This document shows positions 37,859 through 48,652 of a DNA stretch of 64,000 bases, in pieces (within the stretch, counting starts at the first letter, position 1; the number at the start of each line of letters is the position of its first letter). The notes beneath the pieces were generated by a model that was not told where the DNA came from, searched no databases, and saw nothing but the letters and a program-made list of their open reading frames with translations. This stretch comes from Utricularia gibba. Lineage: Eukaryota > Plantae > Magnoliophyta. The stretch lies in NCBI GenBank assembly GCA_002189035.1, contig NEEC01000023.1:1-64000 (forward strand). The letters run 5' to 3'. The position numbers and the translations under genes are program-made.

Positions 37859-40108
37859 ATGGAGTGCAATAGAGATGAGGCTGTCAGAGCAAAATGTATT
37901 GCTGAGAGCAAGCTTGAGAAAAGGGAGTTTTCTGGTGCGAAGAAGTTTGCCTTGAAGGCCCAGACTCTGTACCCAGATATGGAAGGGATTTCCCGATTGA
38001 TAAAAACAATTGATGTGTACATTTCAGCGGAAAATAAAGTTAGTGGTGAGGTCGACTGGTATGGAGTGCTAGAAGTGAACCCGATGGCTGATGAGGAAAC
38101 AATAAGAAAACAATATAGGAAGTTCGCTCTCTTGCTACATCCTGATAAAAATAAATCAGCTGGTGCAGATGGGGCATTTAAGCTTGTCTCAGAGGCCTGG
38201 AACTTGTTATCAGATAAGGCCAGCAGGTTGGCCTATAATCAGAGAAGGGGTTATAAAGGATTTGCGCAGAAAGTTCATATGCATACGGGTGGTACATCGG
38301 CACCTCCCAGGGCCAATGGAATCTTCAACTTTGCTGCAAGAACGACTTCAGCGGCAAAGCCTCAAAACCATAACACGAAGCCCCGAAACCACAGCACAAA
38401 GGTTCCTGTTAACCTGCCCCAGAAACCTTCCTTGAAGAGAGCTGATACATTTTGGACCATATGTCACCAATGCAAGATGCATTATGAGTATCTTAAAAGG
38501 TATCTCAACCAAACACTTCTTTGTCCCAATTGTCGTGGTGCTTTCATGGCTTCTGAGACAGCACCACCTCAGGATTTTCCTAAACCAGCATGTCAGTCAC
38601 CTCGACAGCGCCACCGCAATCTTACAGAGTATATACTCAACAGAAATGCTTATAGCACAGTTAAGAATACAAATGCTTGTCAAAATTCAGTACGCATGCA
38701 AGCGGGCCCGCATTTGCATAGGCCTGCCACAAGCCAGGTGGAGCCTATTTCTGGAGCAAGTAGTTCTGGTAACGATCCTTCTACTACTGTCAAAGCCACT
38801 AACGTTGTTCAGAAGGAACATGATCAATTGAAAAGGCCATGCAGTGAATCATGGCCTCGCATGGTGGGGGACTCAAGTATCAAAAAACAAAAGGTAGATG
38901 GTGAGGGTGGGCGATACGGAATGACCTATCGTCATATGCCACAAAGAAATGGTATGTTTGGAACTGCATGTGGAGTTGGCCCGGAGTCCAGGAGTAATGG
39001 TTATTCTGGCCCCTGTCGACAGCCAAAGAGTATTCGGGATTTGACCCATGCTGAAAGTCATCAAATGCTCATGGAAAAGGGCCTATCTGAGATCCGGAAT
39101 AAGCTTCTTTCTGGCATAAAATGTAGTGTTGCTAGCAAGGAGAATGTCATGACTAAGCAGGGTAAGAAATTAAGAGTCGGAAGCACGTGTAATGAAACAG
39201 GTGATAGGAATGGAACTTATGATTCATCTTCCGCGGAACTGGTGGATCAACCCAGGAGGGGTCAATCTGCTGAGAGTACTGCTGCATCTATGAGTGTCCC
39301 GGATCCTGATTTCTATGACTTTGACCAGGATAGAGCAGAAACTTCTTTTGGAGATGGTGAAGTTTGGTCTGCTTATGATGATGAAGATGGAATGCCACGT
39401 TTTTATGCGCTTGTTAACAAGGTGATCTCCAGGAAACCGTTCAAGGTAAGGATCAGCTGGCTCAACTCGAAATCCAACAGTGAGTTCAGCACCATGGACT
39501 GGGTGGGATCAGGTTTCTATAAAACATGCGGTGAATTCAGGGTGGGCAGATATGAGATCTGCAAATCAATCAATGCATTCTCTCAGAAACATGATGTTCT
39601 GAAAACCGCACGTGGCAGTATCCTGATATACCCCAAAAGAGGCGATGTGTGGGCTCTCTATAAAAATTGGTCACCCGATTGGAATGAGCACACGCCAGAT
39701 GAAGTTATTCACAAGTATGAAATGGCGAGCGTGCTTGAGGACTACACCGAGGAACACGGTGTACTTGTCGTCATCCTCCTGAAGGTGTTTGGTTTTAAAA
39801 CAGTATTTAGACCACAAACGGAGCAGCATGCAACAAAGAGGATACCCAGGGAAGAGATGTTCCGCTTTTCTCACCGGGTACCTTACCAGTTGCTGACTAG
39901 ATTAGAAGCTAAGAATGCCCCCAGAGGATGCCTGGAACTGGATCCTGCAGCCACACCCGTGGAACTTCTTCAGGTAATACCAGAAGGCAGTGAGCCCCCT
40001 CCAGTTTCTGAGAATGTAAATACCTGTGCAGAAGGGTCGCGAAGCTCTTGCGAACATGCTGACATTTCAAGTACAGGGCAAGCCATTAATATTCTCCAGG
40101 CTCAGTAG
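37859..40108 (+). CDS. J-domain protein with Zn ribbon and DUF3444; single coding exon; long 5' UTR intron
   Basis: MECNRDEA start; J domain with HPD (LLLHPDKNK); FWTICHQCKMHYEY...CPNCR; DUF3444 motifs VPDPDFYDFD, WSAYDDEDGMPRFYA, YPKRGDVWALYKNW and ELDPAA. Confidence 0.93.
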   Translation: MECNRDEAVRAKCIAESKLEKREFSGAKKFALKAQTLYPDMEGISRLIKTIDVYISAENKVSGEVDWYGVLEVNPMADEETIRKQYRKFALLLHPDKNKSAGADGAFKLVSEAWNLLSDKASRLAYNQRRGYKGFAQKVHMHTGGTSAPPRANGIFNFAARTTSAAKPQNHNTKPRNHSTKVPVNLPQKPSLKRADTFWTICHQCKMHYEYLKRYLNQTLLCPNCRGAFMASETAPPQDFPKPACQSPRQRHRNLTEYILNRNAYSTVKNTNACQNSVRMQAGPHLHRPATSQVEPISGASSSGNDPSTTVKATNVVQKEHDQLKRPCSESWPRMVGDSSIKKQKVDGEGGRYGMTYRHMPQRNGMFGTACGVGPESRSNGYSGPCRQPKSIRDLTHAESHQMLMEKGLSEIRNKLLSGIKCSVASKENVMTKQGKKLRVGSTCNETGDRNGTYDSSSAELVDQPRRGQSAESTAASMSVPDPDFYDFDQDRAETSFGDGEVWSAYDDEDGMPRFYALVNKVISRKPFKVRISWLNSKSNSEFSTMDWVGSGFYKTCGEFRVGRYEICKSINAFSQKHDVLKTARGSILIYPKRGDVWALYKNWSPDWNEHTPDEVIHKYEMASVLEDYTEEHGVLVVILLKVFGFKTVFRPQTEQHATKRIPREEMFRFSHRVPYQLLTRLEAKNAPRGCLELDPAATPVELLQVIPEGSEPPPVSENVNTCAEGSRSSCEHADISSTGQAINILQAQ

Positions 40109-40763
40109 TTAGAAGAGAGTCTTCAGATTGACAAAGGTAACTTCCATTCCCAGTGCACCGACAGTGGATGGGCCTCCATTTTTTCACCATTGCTCCCCTT
40201 TCTTGCTGACTATATTGCCAAAGGCGTGCGTGCGGCTTCCCAAACCAATGAACATTGCATAGAGGTCTCTCTCCCTATCAGCTCTTCATTTTGTTAATTC
40301 TGTGGTTTGGCCATCAGAAACCTTTGCGGTTCACCGTTTCAATTATTTTTATTTTTGAAACCCATTCTTTTTGTTGGTTTCCATGGTGATTGTTTAGGGT
40401 TATTTACATATCTAACCAATTTTCTTTTCTGTTTCAGATACTAATGCAAAAAAAGAAAAAGAAAGATACTTAAATTAATATTATTTTTCTATTTTTGGGT
40501 ACGATTTAAAATTCGAAGATTTCTGGGATTTTTAACGTTAGTAGTGTGATTGATTTGTCGGGTTGGGTGGATAAGATAAAATAAAGATTAGATTAACGCG
40601 CTGTGGTTTACTTTTTTTTTTTTATAGGGGAATCACTGCGGGTCCACGAGGAAATACGGTAGACCGCGCCGTAGACAAATTGTTGCTTTGGCGTTCATCT
40701 GAAGAAAAGTCTAGAAACGATGACTCTGTTCTTTGGAAGTGGCAACCAACTCTAACGGCGGAG

Positions 40764-42213
40764 ATGGCGGTTGACAACGGCAATCCGACGCGGATAATGG
40801 TAGCCGTTAACGAGTCGAACGTTCGGGGATATCCTTACGTGTCGACGAGTAGCAGAGGGGCGTTCGAATGGACTCTCCAAAAAATCATTCGCGACAACTT
40901 TTCTGGATTTAAGCTCCTTTTACTTCACGTTGCAGTTCCTGATGTTGGTGGTATGAATTAGGAGTAGATATTTGGGTTGATTTAATTGAAAGTCTGTTCT
41001 TTTGGCGCTGTCCAGTGATGGGGATAAGTGGGTAATAGTTAGATGTAGATGTTTATCACTTCCAGTTGTCTCTTTCAAAAGTTTAGATGCATCTGGATAT
41101 CTGTGACTTCGTGTTATTATTCAATGGGGCTGAGCGATCACACCGATCGTGTGTGATTTCATGCTAACGAAGAGTAGTCATTTGATTGTATTCTTCGCTC
41201 TGGATTTTTTTTTTTTTTTTTGGTCCCTCTTTCGTTTGAAAATCCAACTTAAAAGCTGTTGTCTTTTTTGTGTGTCCGTGGTGTGTGTTTTGCAGGCTTT
41301 GAAGGTTCGGGTATTACAGGGGCTTCCAAGTCTAATTCTAACAGTGAGAAATACAAGGATTTAACGACAAGGGGGCTCCAGCTTTTGGAATATTTCGTCA
41401 TGCAATGCAATGAGATTGGGGTAAATAAAGTCTTCGTACCTTGCAATTTTCACAATTGTTTTAGTGTTCTATCGTGAATATGCTCTCTGAGCCTTTTGGT
41501 TTGAGGATAAAAAATGGTTTTGTGGAAACCAGTTCAGGGTTTCAACACCTCATTTGAATAAGTGAAAAAGATTCAAATTCCTAGTTGGATTCATGTCATT
41601 TTTGTATTATGTGTTCGGTTTAGTTTGAAGATAAGTTGTTTATAGCCCAACTCACGTGCATTATGAAGCAAAAAGTAGAATCAAAAGCATAATTTGCTTT
41701 CTATTGTGTAGGACCTGTTTAAAGAATCTTGAATATGCTTGTTTGTAGCCTCTTGCGTTGCGGAATGGCGTTTATTTGTGTAGTAGCTTTCTCAGAGCGC
41801 ATATACACTGGTAGGTTTCTTGTGAAGCGTGGGTTAGAGTTGGTGATCCCAAGGAAGTCATTTGCCACGAGGTGAAACGGGTGCAACCAGATTTTCTTGT
41901 GGTTGGTAGTAGAGGCCTTGGCCCTTTTCAGAAGTAAGGAATTTCACTTTGGTAAAGTTTTCAAGTACCTTGAATCCTGAAAATTTGATTCCAAGTTGGT
42001 GTCAAGGGCATGTTGCTTTATCACCACAGTTTCTATGCCGTATTCTCACTCTGAGAAACAGGTTTAATCGTTGCCAGTGGTTGGGTATTTTTCTTCTTTT
42101 GCAGGGTGTTCATCGGAACTGTAAGCGAGTTCTGTGTAAAACATGCGGAATGTCCTGTTATTGCCATCAGGCGCAGTGAAGCTCAGACCCCCGCTGACCC
42201 TGCTGAAGATTGA
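40764..42213 (+). CDS. Universal stress protein A-like (At3g01520-like), 4 exons
   Basis: PTRIMVAVNES...SRGAFEWTLQKI...LLLHV; GDPKEVICHEVKRVQPDFLVVGSRGLGPFQ(K)VFIGTVSEFCVKHAECPVIAI (USP ATP-binding loop). Confidence 0.9.
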
Positions 42214-42834
42214 TTCTGATCAATCTTTTGAACGCATCCTGTATTTTGTGTAAATGAAACACCAGACTGAGTGAGGTGGGGCTCTTTTTTCTTTGTCAAA
42301 AATAAATCATCCTTCATCTTTTCGGAAAATAACCATTTTAGATGATTTATTTTAAATGTTGTTAATCAAAAATATTCTCATCATATGTTCTTATAGAGAT
42401 ATGTATCTAATAGACCGTTTTGTAATATGTATATGAAAAAATTACTCATTTAACTGATTCTTTTAACTGCAGCAAAAGTCTCCATCTAGAGACTGAATTC
42501 CAAAGGTTTTGACTTTTTGAGCAATTTCATTCGTTCGAAACCAGAGGTGAAATTTCAGCTTCTTAGTTCCCACAGTGAGCCCCGGATGGTCAGTTTTGCA
42601 ATCATTGTCAATGCAACAAAACTCAACAGGGGTGTGAATAGTAGTATATAGAGAATACATACTGATCGACATCAAGTACTAGAGAGCTGGATGAAGCTTT
42701 ATGGAATGAATAAAAATCTGAAGAACAGGAGGCAGGCCTGTGTCTGTAAACTACGTATATATACCCATCATAACATGAACCGGAGTACAGTAAACTGACC
42801 TAAACAAGTGACCATTGCAAGCCAAGCGGATGAA

Positions 42835-45375
42835 TCAACTTACTTCTTTGTGTCCTTCAGCCAGAACTCTGACCTTATCACTTGCTGCTTCTACACTTTC
42901 CATGAGACACTTCATTTCATCCTTCAAGCTACGTTTCTCCACTATCGAAAACTTCAACTGGTAATTCTCTAGAATGGCTCCCATTATGTCGAATTTCTGC
43001 CTGATGAGTTGAACGTCTGACATAAAGTCATCATGCAGTTTCACGGGAGCAGACTCAGCAGATGTGGCTTTGTCTGAGGAAGGTTTGTTGAGATTTGAAG
43101 CGATGGGACATGGTTGTAACCTACAGCTAACGTTCTCACCAAATGGAAGCTCATTGACATTTGAGTTGAGGGCCGTGTGTGCATCAGATTCCTTGGTATA
43201 GACAACCTGAACCAAGTGAGAATCTTTGATCACCTTGGTTTCTTCTTCGTTCAAGCTCCCATACTTACTGAACATCTTCAGGATTTCTTCCTTCGATGGT
43301 AAAGGTGACTGGGTTGTGAATTCCAGAACAAGACAAGTGTGTCCCTCAATGAGCCCACAAGATGTTTCTGCTGCTTTTTCAGGCGTCGAAGAGCCTGCAT
43401 TTCTTGCATGTTTCTTTGTTTTTGGAGATTTAACAGAAGCTGTTGTGGTTGGCTTTTCTTCTTGAGTATCAAGCTCAACTTGCGATAATTTTCTCTTCTT
43501 GCTACTCACCTGTTTCTGGTATATTTCATTGTTTCCGCCATGCACGTAAGTCGAGCTTCTGAAAGCAGATGTAAATGAAGATACTACATCAAGAGTACCT
43601 TCCCTGCTCAAATGCAGTGGATCAATAGCTGCAGTTTGGATTCCAACCAACACTTCGCTCACAGGGGTAACAACTTCGGATGTGGAGAAGCTCATTTTCT
43701 CAACATCTTGCTCGGGACTTGAACTAAGGCAAACATCCTTATTCTGTTTGATCGTATCATTGCCAGGCTGCTTCTCAATTGAAGACGCACTAGCAACATC
43801 TTGACAAGTGGCTGAGGGGACCTCTGAAGCCTTAAGTTCGTGATGTTCCAGAATCTGCTCATCTTTGCTTGGAGTGTTTCCCGATTCTGATTCATATTTA
43901 AAACTAGAACCTCCAATTCTCCATCTAGGTGATATGTATGGAGGAGACAAATACTTGCTCTTCTTTCTTTCCCTAGGTGTAGATGCATTATCTGAATCTT
44001 CCGTCGCTTTGCCAGAATCATTTTCAACGGAAGCAGCGGAAATACCATTTGGTTTCCCTGCCAAACCACCTTCATTTGCACCAACATCACTGCGCAAATC
44101 AACATTTCCTGCTTTTGAAACCTCAATACTATTCACATTAAAGGATTCAGAACCCTCAAGCTTTCTCTTACTTCCACTTTTCCCTCTTGAAGAGCCTCTT
44201 TCACTATGACCATCTTTTGTATCTCCAACGCCAAGCCTCTGCTTGACAGAAGATGCTGACTTTTTGGACTCTTTTCTCTCCTTAATCAAAGGTTTCTTCC
44301 GACTTTTGGCCTTGACACCATTATCTTCTCGCATTAGATCAGCTACGCTCTTCTGCTTCCTTCGGTGGTAAATCTTGTCTGTCATCGCCTCCTGTGTCAT
44401 TGCATCATTAACTGCTGGTGGGGAGAACCAATCGTCATCAGTGGGACCGAGAATAGGAACTTCTATTGGAACACTGAAATCATCTGCTACTTCAGCACCA
44501 GAGCCATCCATATCTTCCAAACCTTCGACATCATAATCATGGTGTTCTGGGAGTTGTCGTTCCTCATTTGCATAGAACATGGCGGCTAGCGACCCTCTCA
44601 AGACTGCAAGCTCCAACAGATTGTCAACAGACGGTTTACTTGCAAAAAAGTTCACTTTTGCAAGAATGTCAGCAGCACCATAATCAGGAATAGAGAGCCT
44701 TTGTATATCCACATCAGGAACTGGGACTCCTTGTTTCACACCAGAATTTGAAATGGTTCTTCTAGCCAAGCTCTCTCTTTTATCAATGGATACACAACTG
44801 CATGTCATCTTAGATTCCAATATTCTCCCAACTTCATCCACAGCAGCCTGCACAGCCTTCGAGAAAATCTTAGATGAACTATTCATCGACTTCTCACTAA
44901 AATTCTCAGAGAATGGAGTCAGCTGTGAAGGAGTACACCATGACCACGAGCCATCACCAAAGAATGCTACGAGGTGGCAGCCATCCTGACGTCGCTTAAT
45001 AGCAGTTTCCGAAGCATCATTGCGGTCATAGATTTGTCCTGGCCACCATGGATGACTCTTGATTTTACCCCATACAAAATCCCCAGACTGATGCACATAA
45101 TTTGAATCCTCCAAATCCGCATCAGAAGCTAGTTCTCTTCCACTTCCACCTTGATTCAGATTCACGTATTCATCATGCCCAATTCCTTCACCATCAGTAT
45201 CATTCACAAGTGTATCTCTTTCACTCTCAGCATGCGCAGCAACATCACCAGAAACCCCGACATCAATCTCATCAGCAGAAACAACTGCCGCACCATTAAG
45301 CATGCCATCCGTGGTACCCTTCTGGTCATCCCTTTTCAAGTCAAAAGCATCACCAGTATCATCAAGACTCGCCAT
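42835..45375 (-). CDS. PWWP-domain chromatin protein (PDP3/At5g40340-like); single coding exon, 846 aa
   Basis: GDFVWGKIKSHPWWPGQIY...LVAFFGDGSWSWC (PWWP domain); RERKKSKYLSPPY; C-terminal LVLEF..LPSKEEILKMFSKYGSL RRM-like segment. Confidence 0.9.
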   Translation of the reverse strand: MASLDDTGDAFDLKRDDQKGTTDGMLNGAAVVSADEIDVGVSGDVAAHAESERDTLVNDTDGEGIGHDEYVNLNQGGSGRELASDADLEDSNYVHQSGDFVWGKIKSHPWWPGQIYDRNDASETAIKRRQDGCHLVAFFGDGSWSWCTPSQLTPFSENFSEKSMNSSSKIFSKAVQAAVDEVGRILESKMTCSCVSIDKRESLARRTISNSGVKQGVPVPDVDIQRLSIPDYGAADILAKVNFFASKPSVDNLLELAVLRGSLAAMFYANEERQLPEHHDYDVEGLEDMDGSGAEVADDFSVPIEVPILGPTDDDWFSPPAVNDAMTQEAMTDKIYHRRKQKSVADLMREDNGVKAKSRKKPLIKERKESKKSASSVKQRLGVGDTKDGHSERGSSRGKSGSKRKLEGSESFNVNSIEVSKAGNVDLRSDVGANEGGLAGKPNGISAASVENDSGKATEDSDNASTPRERKKSKYLSPPYISPRWRIGGSSFKYESESGNTPSKDEQILEHHELKASEVPSATCQDVASASSIEKQPGNDTIKQNKDVCLSSSPEQDVEKMSFSTSEVVTPVSEVLVGIQTAAIDPLHLSREGTLDVVSSFTSAFRSSTYVHGGNNEIYQKQVSSKKRKLSQVELDTQEEKPTTTASVKSPKTKKHARNAGSSTPEKAAETSCGLIEGHTCLVLEFTTQSPLPSKEEILKMFSKYGSLNEEETKVIKDSHLVQVVYTKESDAHTALNSNVNELPFGENVSCRLQPCPIASNLNKPSSDKATSAESAPVKLHDDFMSDVQLIRQKFDIMGAILENYQLKFSIVEKRSLKDEMKCLMESVEAASDKVRVLAEGHKEVS

Positions 45376-46495
45376 TTATCGAACCAAGATACAGCAGCCT
45401 CCGTTTCAAACACAGAAACTGTCAAATCACCAAAAATAATCATTAAAATGATTAGCCCGGCTATAGTATAAATATTATACGAGTAAAACGTATGTAATAA
45501 TACCAAGATCAAAGTCAAACTTATCCCTTGGGTCCGTCAACGCATAAGCATGAAGCTCACAACGCCCGCAGCAAGTCAGTCAAACTTTCGAAACACACGC
45601 TTATTTACCAACACGAGATCAGCAGCGAATTTTTCAAAACTCCCGCAGAATTCGATGTAAAACCGGCTAAAATGAAAAAGACAATCCTTTTCCGCTAACT
45701 AATTTACTCCTGAATAACAGAAAACTCAGCTTTGACCATTTACCAGCAGCAACCCCGAGAATTAGGGTTTCGGTAGTAAAAATTTAAAAATCCGAAGCTC
45801 CAGTGCACGGCTAGCCTCTGCACCTTTTATCCTTCTTTATGATGAAGAAACAAAAAAAAACCAAAAGCTAAGGTGAAGCAGAAGCACTCATAACCAAGCA
45901 AGCTGCTTTGATTTCAGAGACGTTGACACGCGATTCCGCGGTTGAGAGAGAAAGAAGCACCCGCGCGGCGCCGGCCATGGCAGCGTGAAAGTGACGGGAG
46001 AAGGGGAACAGGAAATCGCCGGCGACCGGCAAGTTGCGTTGCCGAGCCGAGCTGGGACCAGATAGAAATATAATTAGACAGGTGACATTAATTCTAAACT
46101 AGGAGTCGACGTGGCAAGACCGTACTTACCTCTTCACTTCCAAGTTTTAGAGCATTTTATTTTCTCTTTTTAGACAATCAAGATTTTGCATTCTTTTGGT
46201 AATCTAACAACCTATTAAAATATAAACAAGTCTATTTCAATAATGTTTAAAATTGGAAAAAAATATTATGTAAAAAATTTTAAATCATAATTGAATCGTA
46301 ATTGAATAGAACTATAATTAAATCATAATTTATTTTTTATAATTAAAATACTTTGAATTTAATTTAACCGTTATTTTGAATAGTTTACGATTCAAAACGA
46401 GTAGTTGAATTGTGATTTTTAAAATATTGTATTTTAATTTTATAAAAATTCTGCCTAAGTTGACATTTAAATAAATATTAATTATCATTTTTAAA

Positions 46496-46528
46496 GGGGC
46501 GTTCCAGGAATCGAACAGGGGACCTCTC
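46496..46528 (-). pseudogene. Truncated tRNA-Pro remnant (variable loop, T arm and 3' acceptor strand only)
   Basis: The minus strand reads GAGAGGTCCCCTGTTCGATTCCTGGAACGCCCC versus the remembered plant tRNA-Pro 3' half GAGAGGTCCCGAGTTCGATTCTCGGAACGCCCC (29/33). The 5' half is absent and the T stem has two mismatches. Confidence 0.7.
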
Positions 46529-47260
46529 ATTTTGATTTATTTTAAAAAGTTAATATTATGAAAATATTATTTTTAAAAATGGAATGAGGAATGGATGCCT
46601 TTTTGATGAAGAAAGATGGCCGCGGGAGGAGAAATACATGGTTCTGGTTGAAGCACACACAGACAGATGGGCAACATTCTGATGGAAAGTGAGCACAAAA
46701 AGCAGTGGAGTGCTACCAGGAGGACAAGGCAGCTGTCGCTACAGCGTTGTAGAATTACATCTGGAGCCATCTCTCAGAGTAGACGTAGCTGCTGGGAAAA
46801 CTCTACTGCTTGGCAATGCAACCACCGGAGTGAGTGGACACTGCAAAGCTTGACAATGGGGATAGGTATCATGCAAATGCTGTCCATATGAATGTGTGAT
46901 TCCTTGTTCCTGCAGTGTTGCTGGATTTTGGCTTTGATTCTACTCAGCTGTATGAATGGATTTTTGTTCTTGCTGCACCCATAAACATATTCCTTAGTTT
47001 CTTTCGATTTTTCAATGTCCAGCCCCTGTGAGTTAATAAGCCAAGGAAACAAGACAACCAGTTACCATCCCTATATTCAGATCAGTGCATTGCTTGAAGA
47101 TAAGGATTTCACATGTTCGGTATCTAAAGTGAAAAATCTAAGCTGTAGAAGCGATGCATTATTGGCAATTAACAGGAGACCCTGAAACACCTACTTAAGA
47201 GGAAGTTCATGGAACAAACCACGTTTATAAAGGAAACTCCAAAACAGAATCACGGGTTCA

Positions 47261-48652
47261 CTAGTCATAGAGACGGCACTTTCCAGTTCCGTAACATATT
47301 GAGCATTCATCTTTCTCACCAGCAGCATGACTCAAGCAATAGCTGATTCTATCACTCACAACGTCCTGCGAGATAATTGATCAATAAGCCATTTTTTTTT
47401 TATTTGCATCGTTTGAGCCATTTAAGAAAGAAACGTGCAAACTTTAGTGGATCTACCATTGGAAAAAAGATAGGAAGACAACAACAAGGTAGTGAAGAAA
47501 GACGGATATCAAATAATGAACAATAATCTTACCACAAGAAGCTCGTGCGCACCAAGAGGTGCGGTGATGATATATGGTACACCTGGGTGTTCCTTGGCAG
47601 CTTCAGCTGTTAAAGAGGGAATATCCTGCAACAAACATCACGAGCTTAAAAATGTTTCAGACTGAGGGAGCGATAAACATGAAGAAAATTACGCAGAAAC
47701 ATCTCATATGCTGAACTTTGCCTGCTTCCAGTGTCTTCCAGGAGACAGGAAAAAAGGGCTCACAATAACACGAGTTGCCCCCTGTTGAACACATGAATCG
47801 AAAGCATGCTTGATAGAGGGATCAGCCAGTTCCTGGTTGTAGCACAAAAATGGTGTAATAATCTGGCAATGAAATCAAGTAAAGGAGCTTCTATTTAAAG
47901 CACAAGTTGAGGATGCATCACAAGATTATCCTATATTTTCATAATTTATACATATACACACTATCCAAACCCAAACATAACAATCAGCATCCAGTTTAAT
48001 ACAGTTTATTGCAAAAACTGAAAGAATGAAAATCAATTTCTCTGCACATCATTGCAATAATTTTTAAAAGAAAACAGAGGCCTTTTTGCAGCCCTTTCAG
48101 CTTATTATGATATGGAGCACTGATTTAGTTCTTTTATCATCTCACCATGTGAGCAGGCTCCACGATGGCATGTTTCGTTTTCTCCCTGAACATAATCACG
48201 AAATCATCTGCAGAAATAGCATCATAAGGAACCACAATCAACGAAGAAAAAACAAGAAAACCGTCATGATCAGAGCATACTAAGCATTAGGTTGGACTCT
48301 TTCCGGCGGGAACCGTGATCAACTATTATGATACCGTCACAACCATCAACCCATTAACAGCCTTCCTAAAAAAATCACCGCCCTTTTCCTTTCCAGTTGC
48401 CAAGCACAATCTGGATGAAAGATATTTGCCTTCTGAGGGACACCCACGAAACTTCAAGGTTTCGCAGCCTGGAGTTTTCCAGAACTTCGGCCCAATTGAG
48501 GAACTTCATTCCAAGTGAGATGAACACAGAAACGGAGGCAGAAAATTAGCATTCCCGTAAAAAAACAAAAAAGCAAACAACGTAGATCAAAATCCTCTTG
48601 AGGAAAAGTGAGGATACCAGCAAACACCGACTGGATACTTTCCAGAGATCAT
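47261..48652 (-). CDS. SIRB: Sirohydrochlorin ferrochelatase, ~6 exons; GC-AG intron 4; apparent 1-bp frameshift at 48350-48352; exon 1/start tentative
   Basis: GIIIVDHGSRRKESNLML, VEPAHM|ELADPSIKHAF, SPFFLSPGRHWKQ|DIPSLTAEAA, TAPLGAHELL and C-terminal DECSICYGTGKCRLYD*. Confidence 0.88.

Noticed and set aside
46679-46696. miR156-like ending (AGTGAGCAC)
   Set aside because: The 5' seed half does not match and no complementary star strand is nearby.
48504-48617. U12-type intron in SirB (donor GTATCCTC)
   Set aside because: No TCCTTAAC-type branch point near the acceptor, and the exon 1 boundary itself is tentative.
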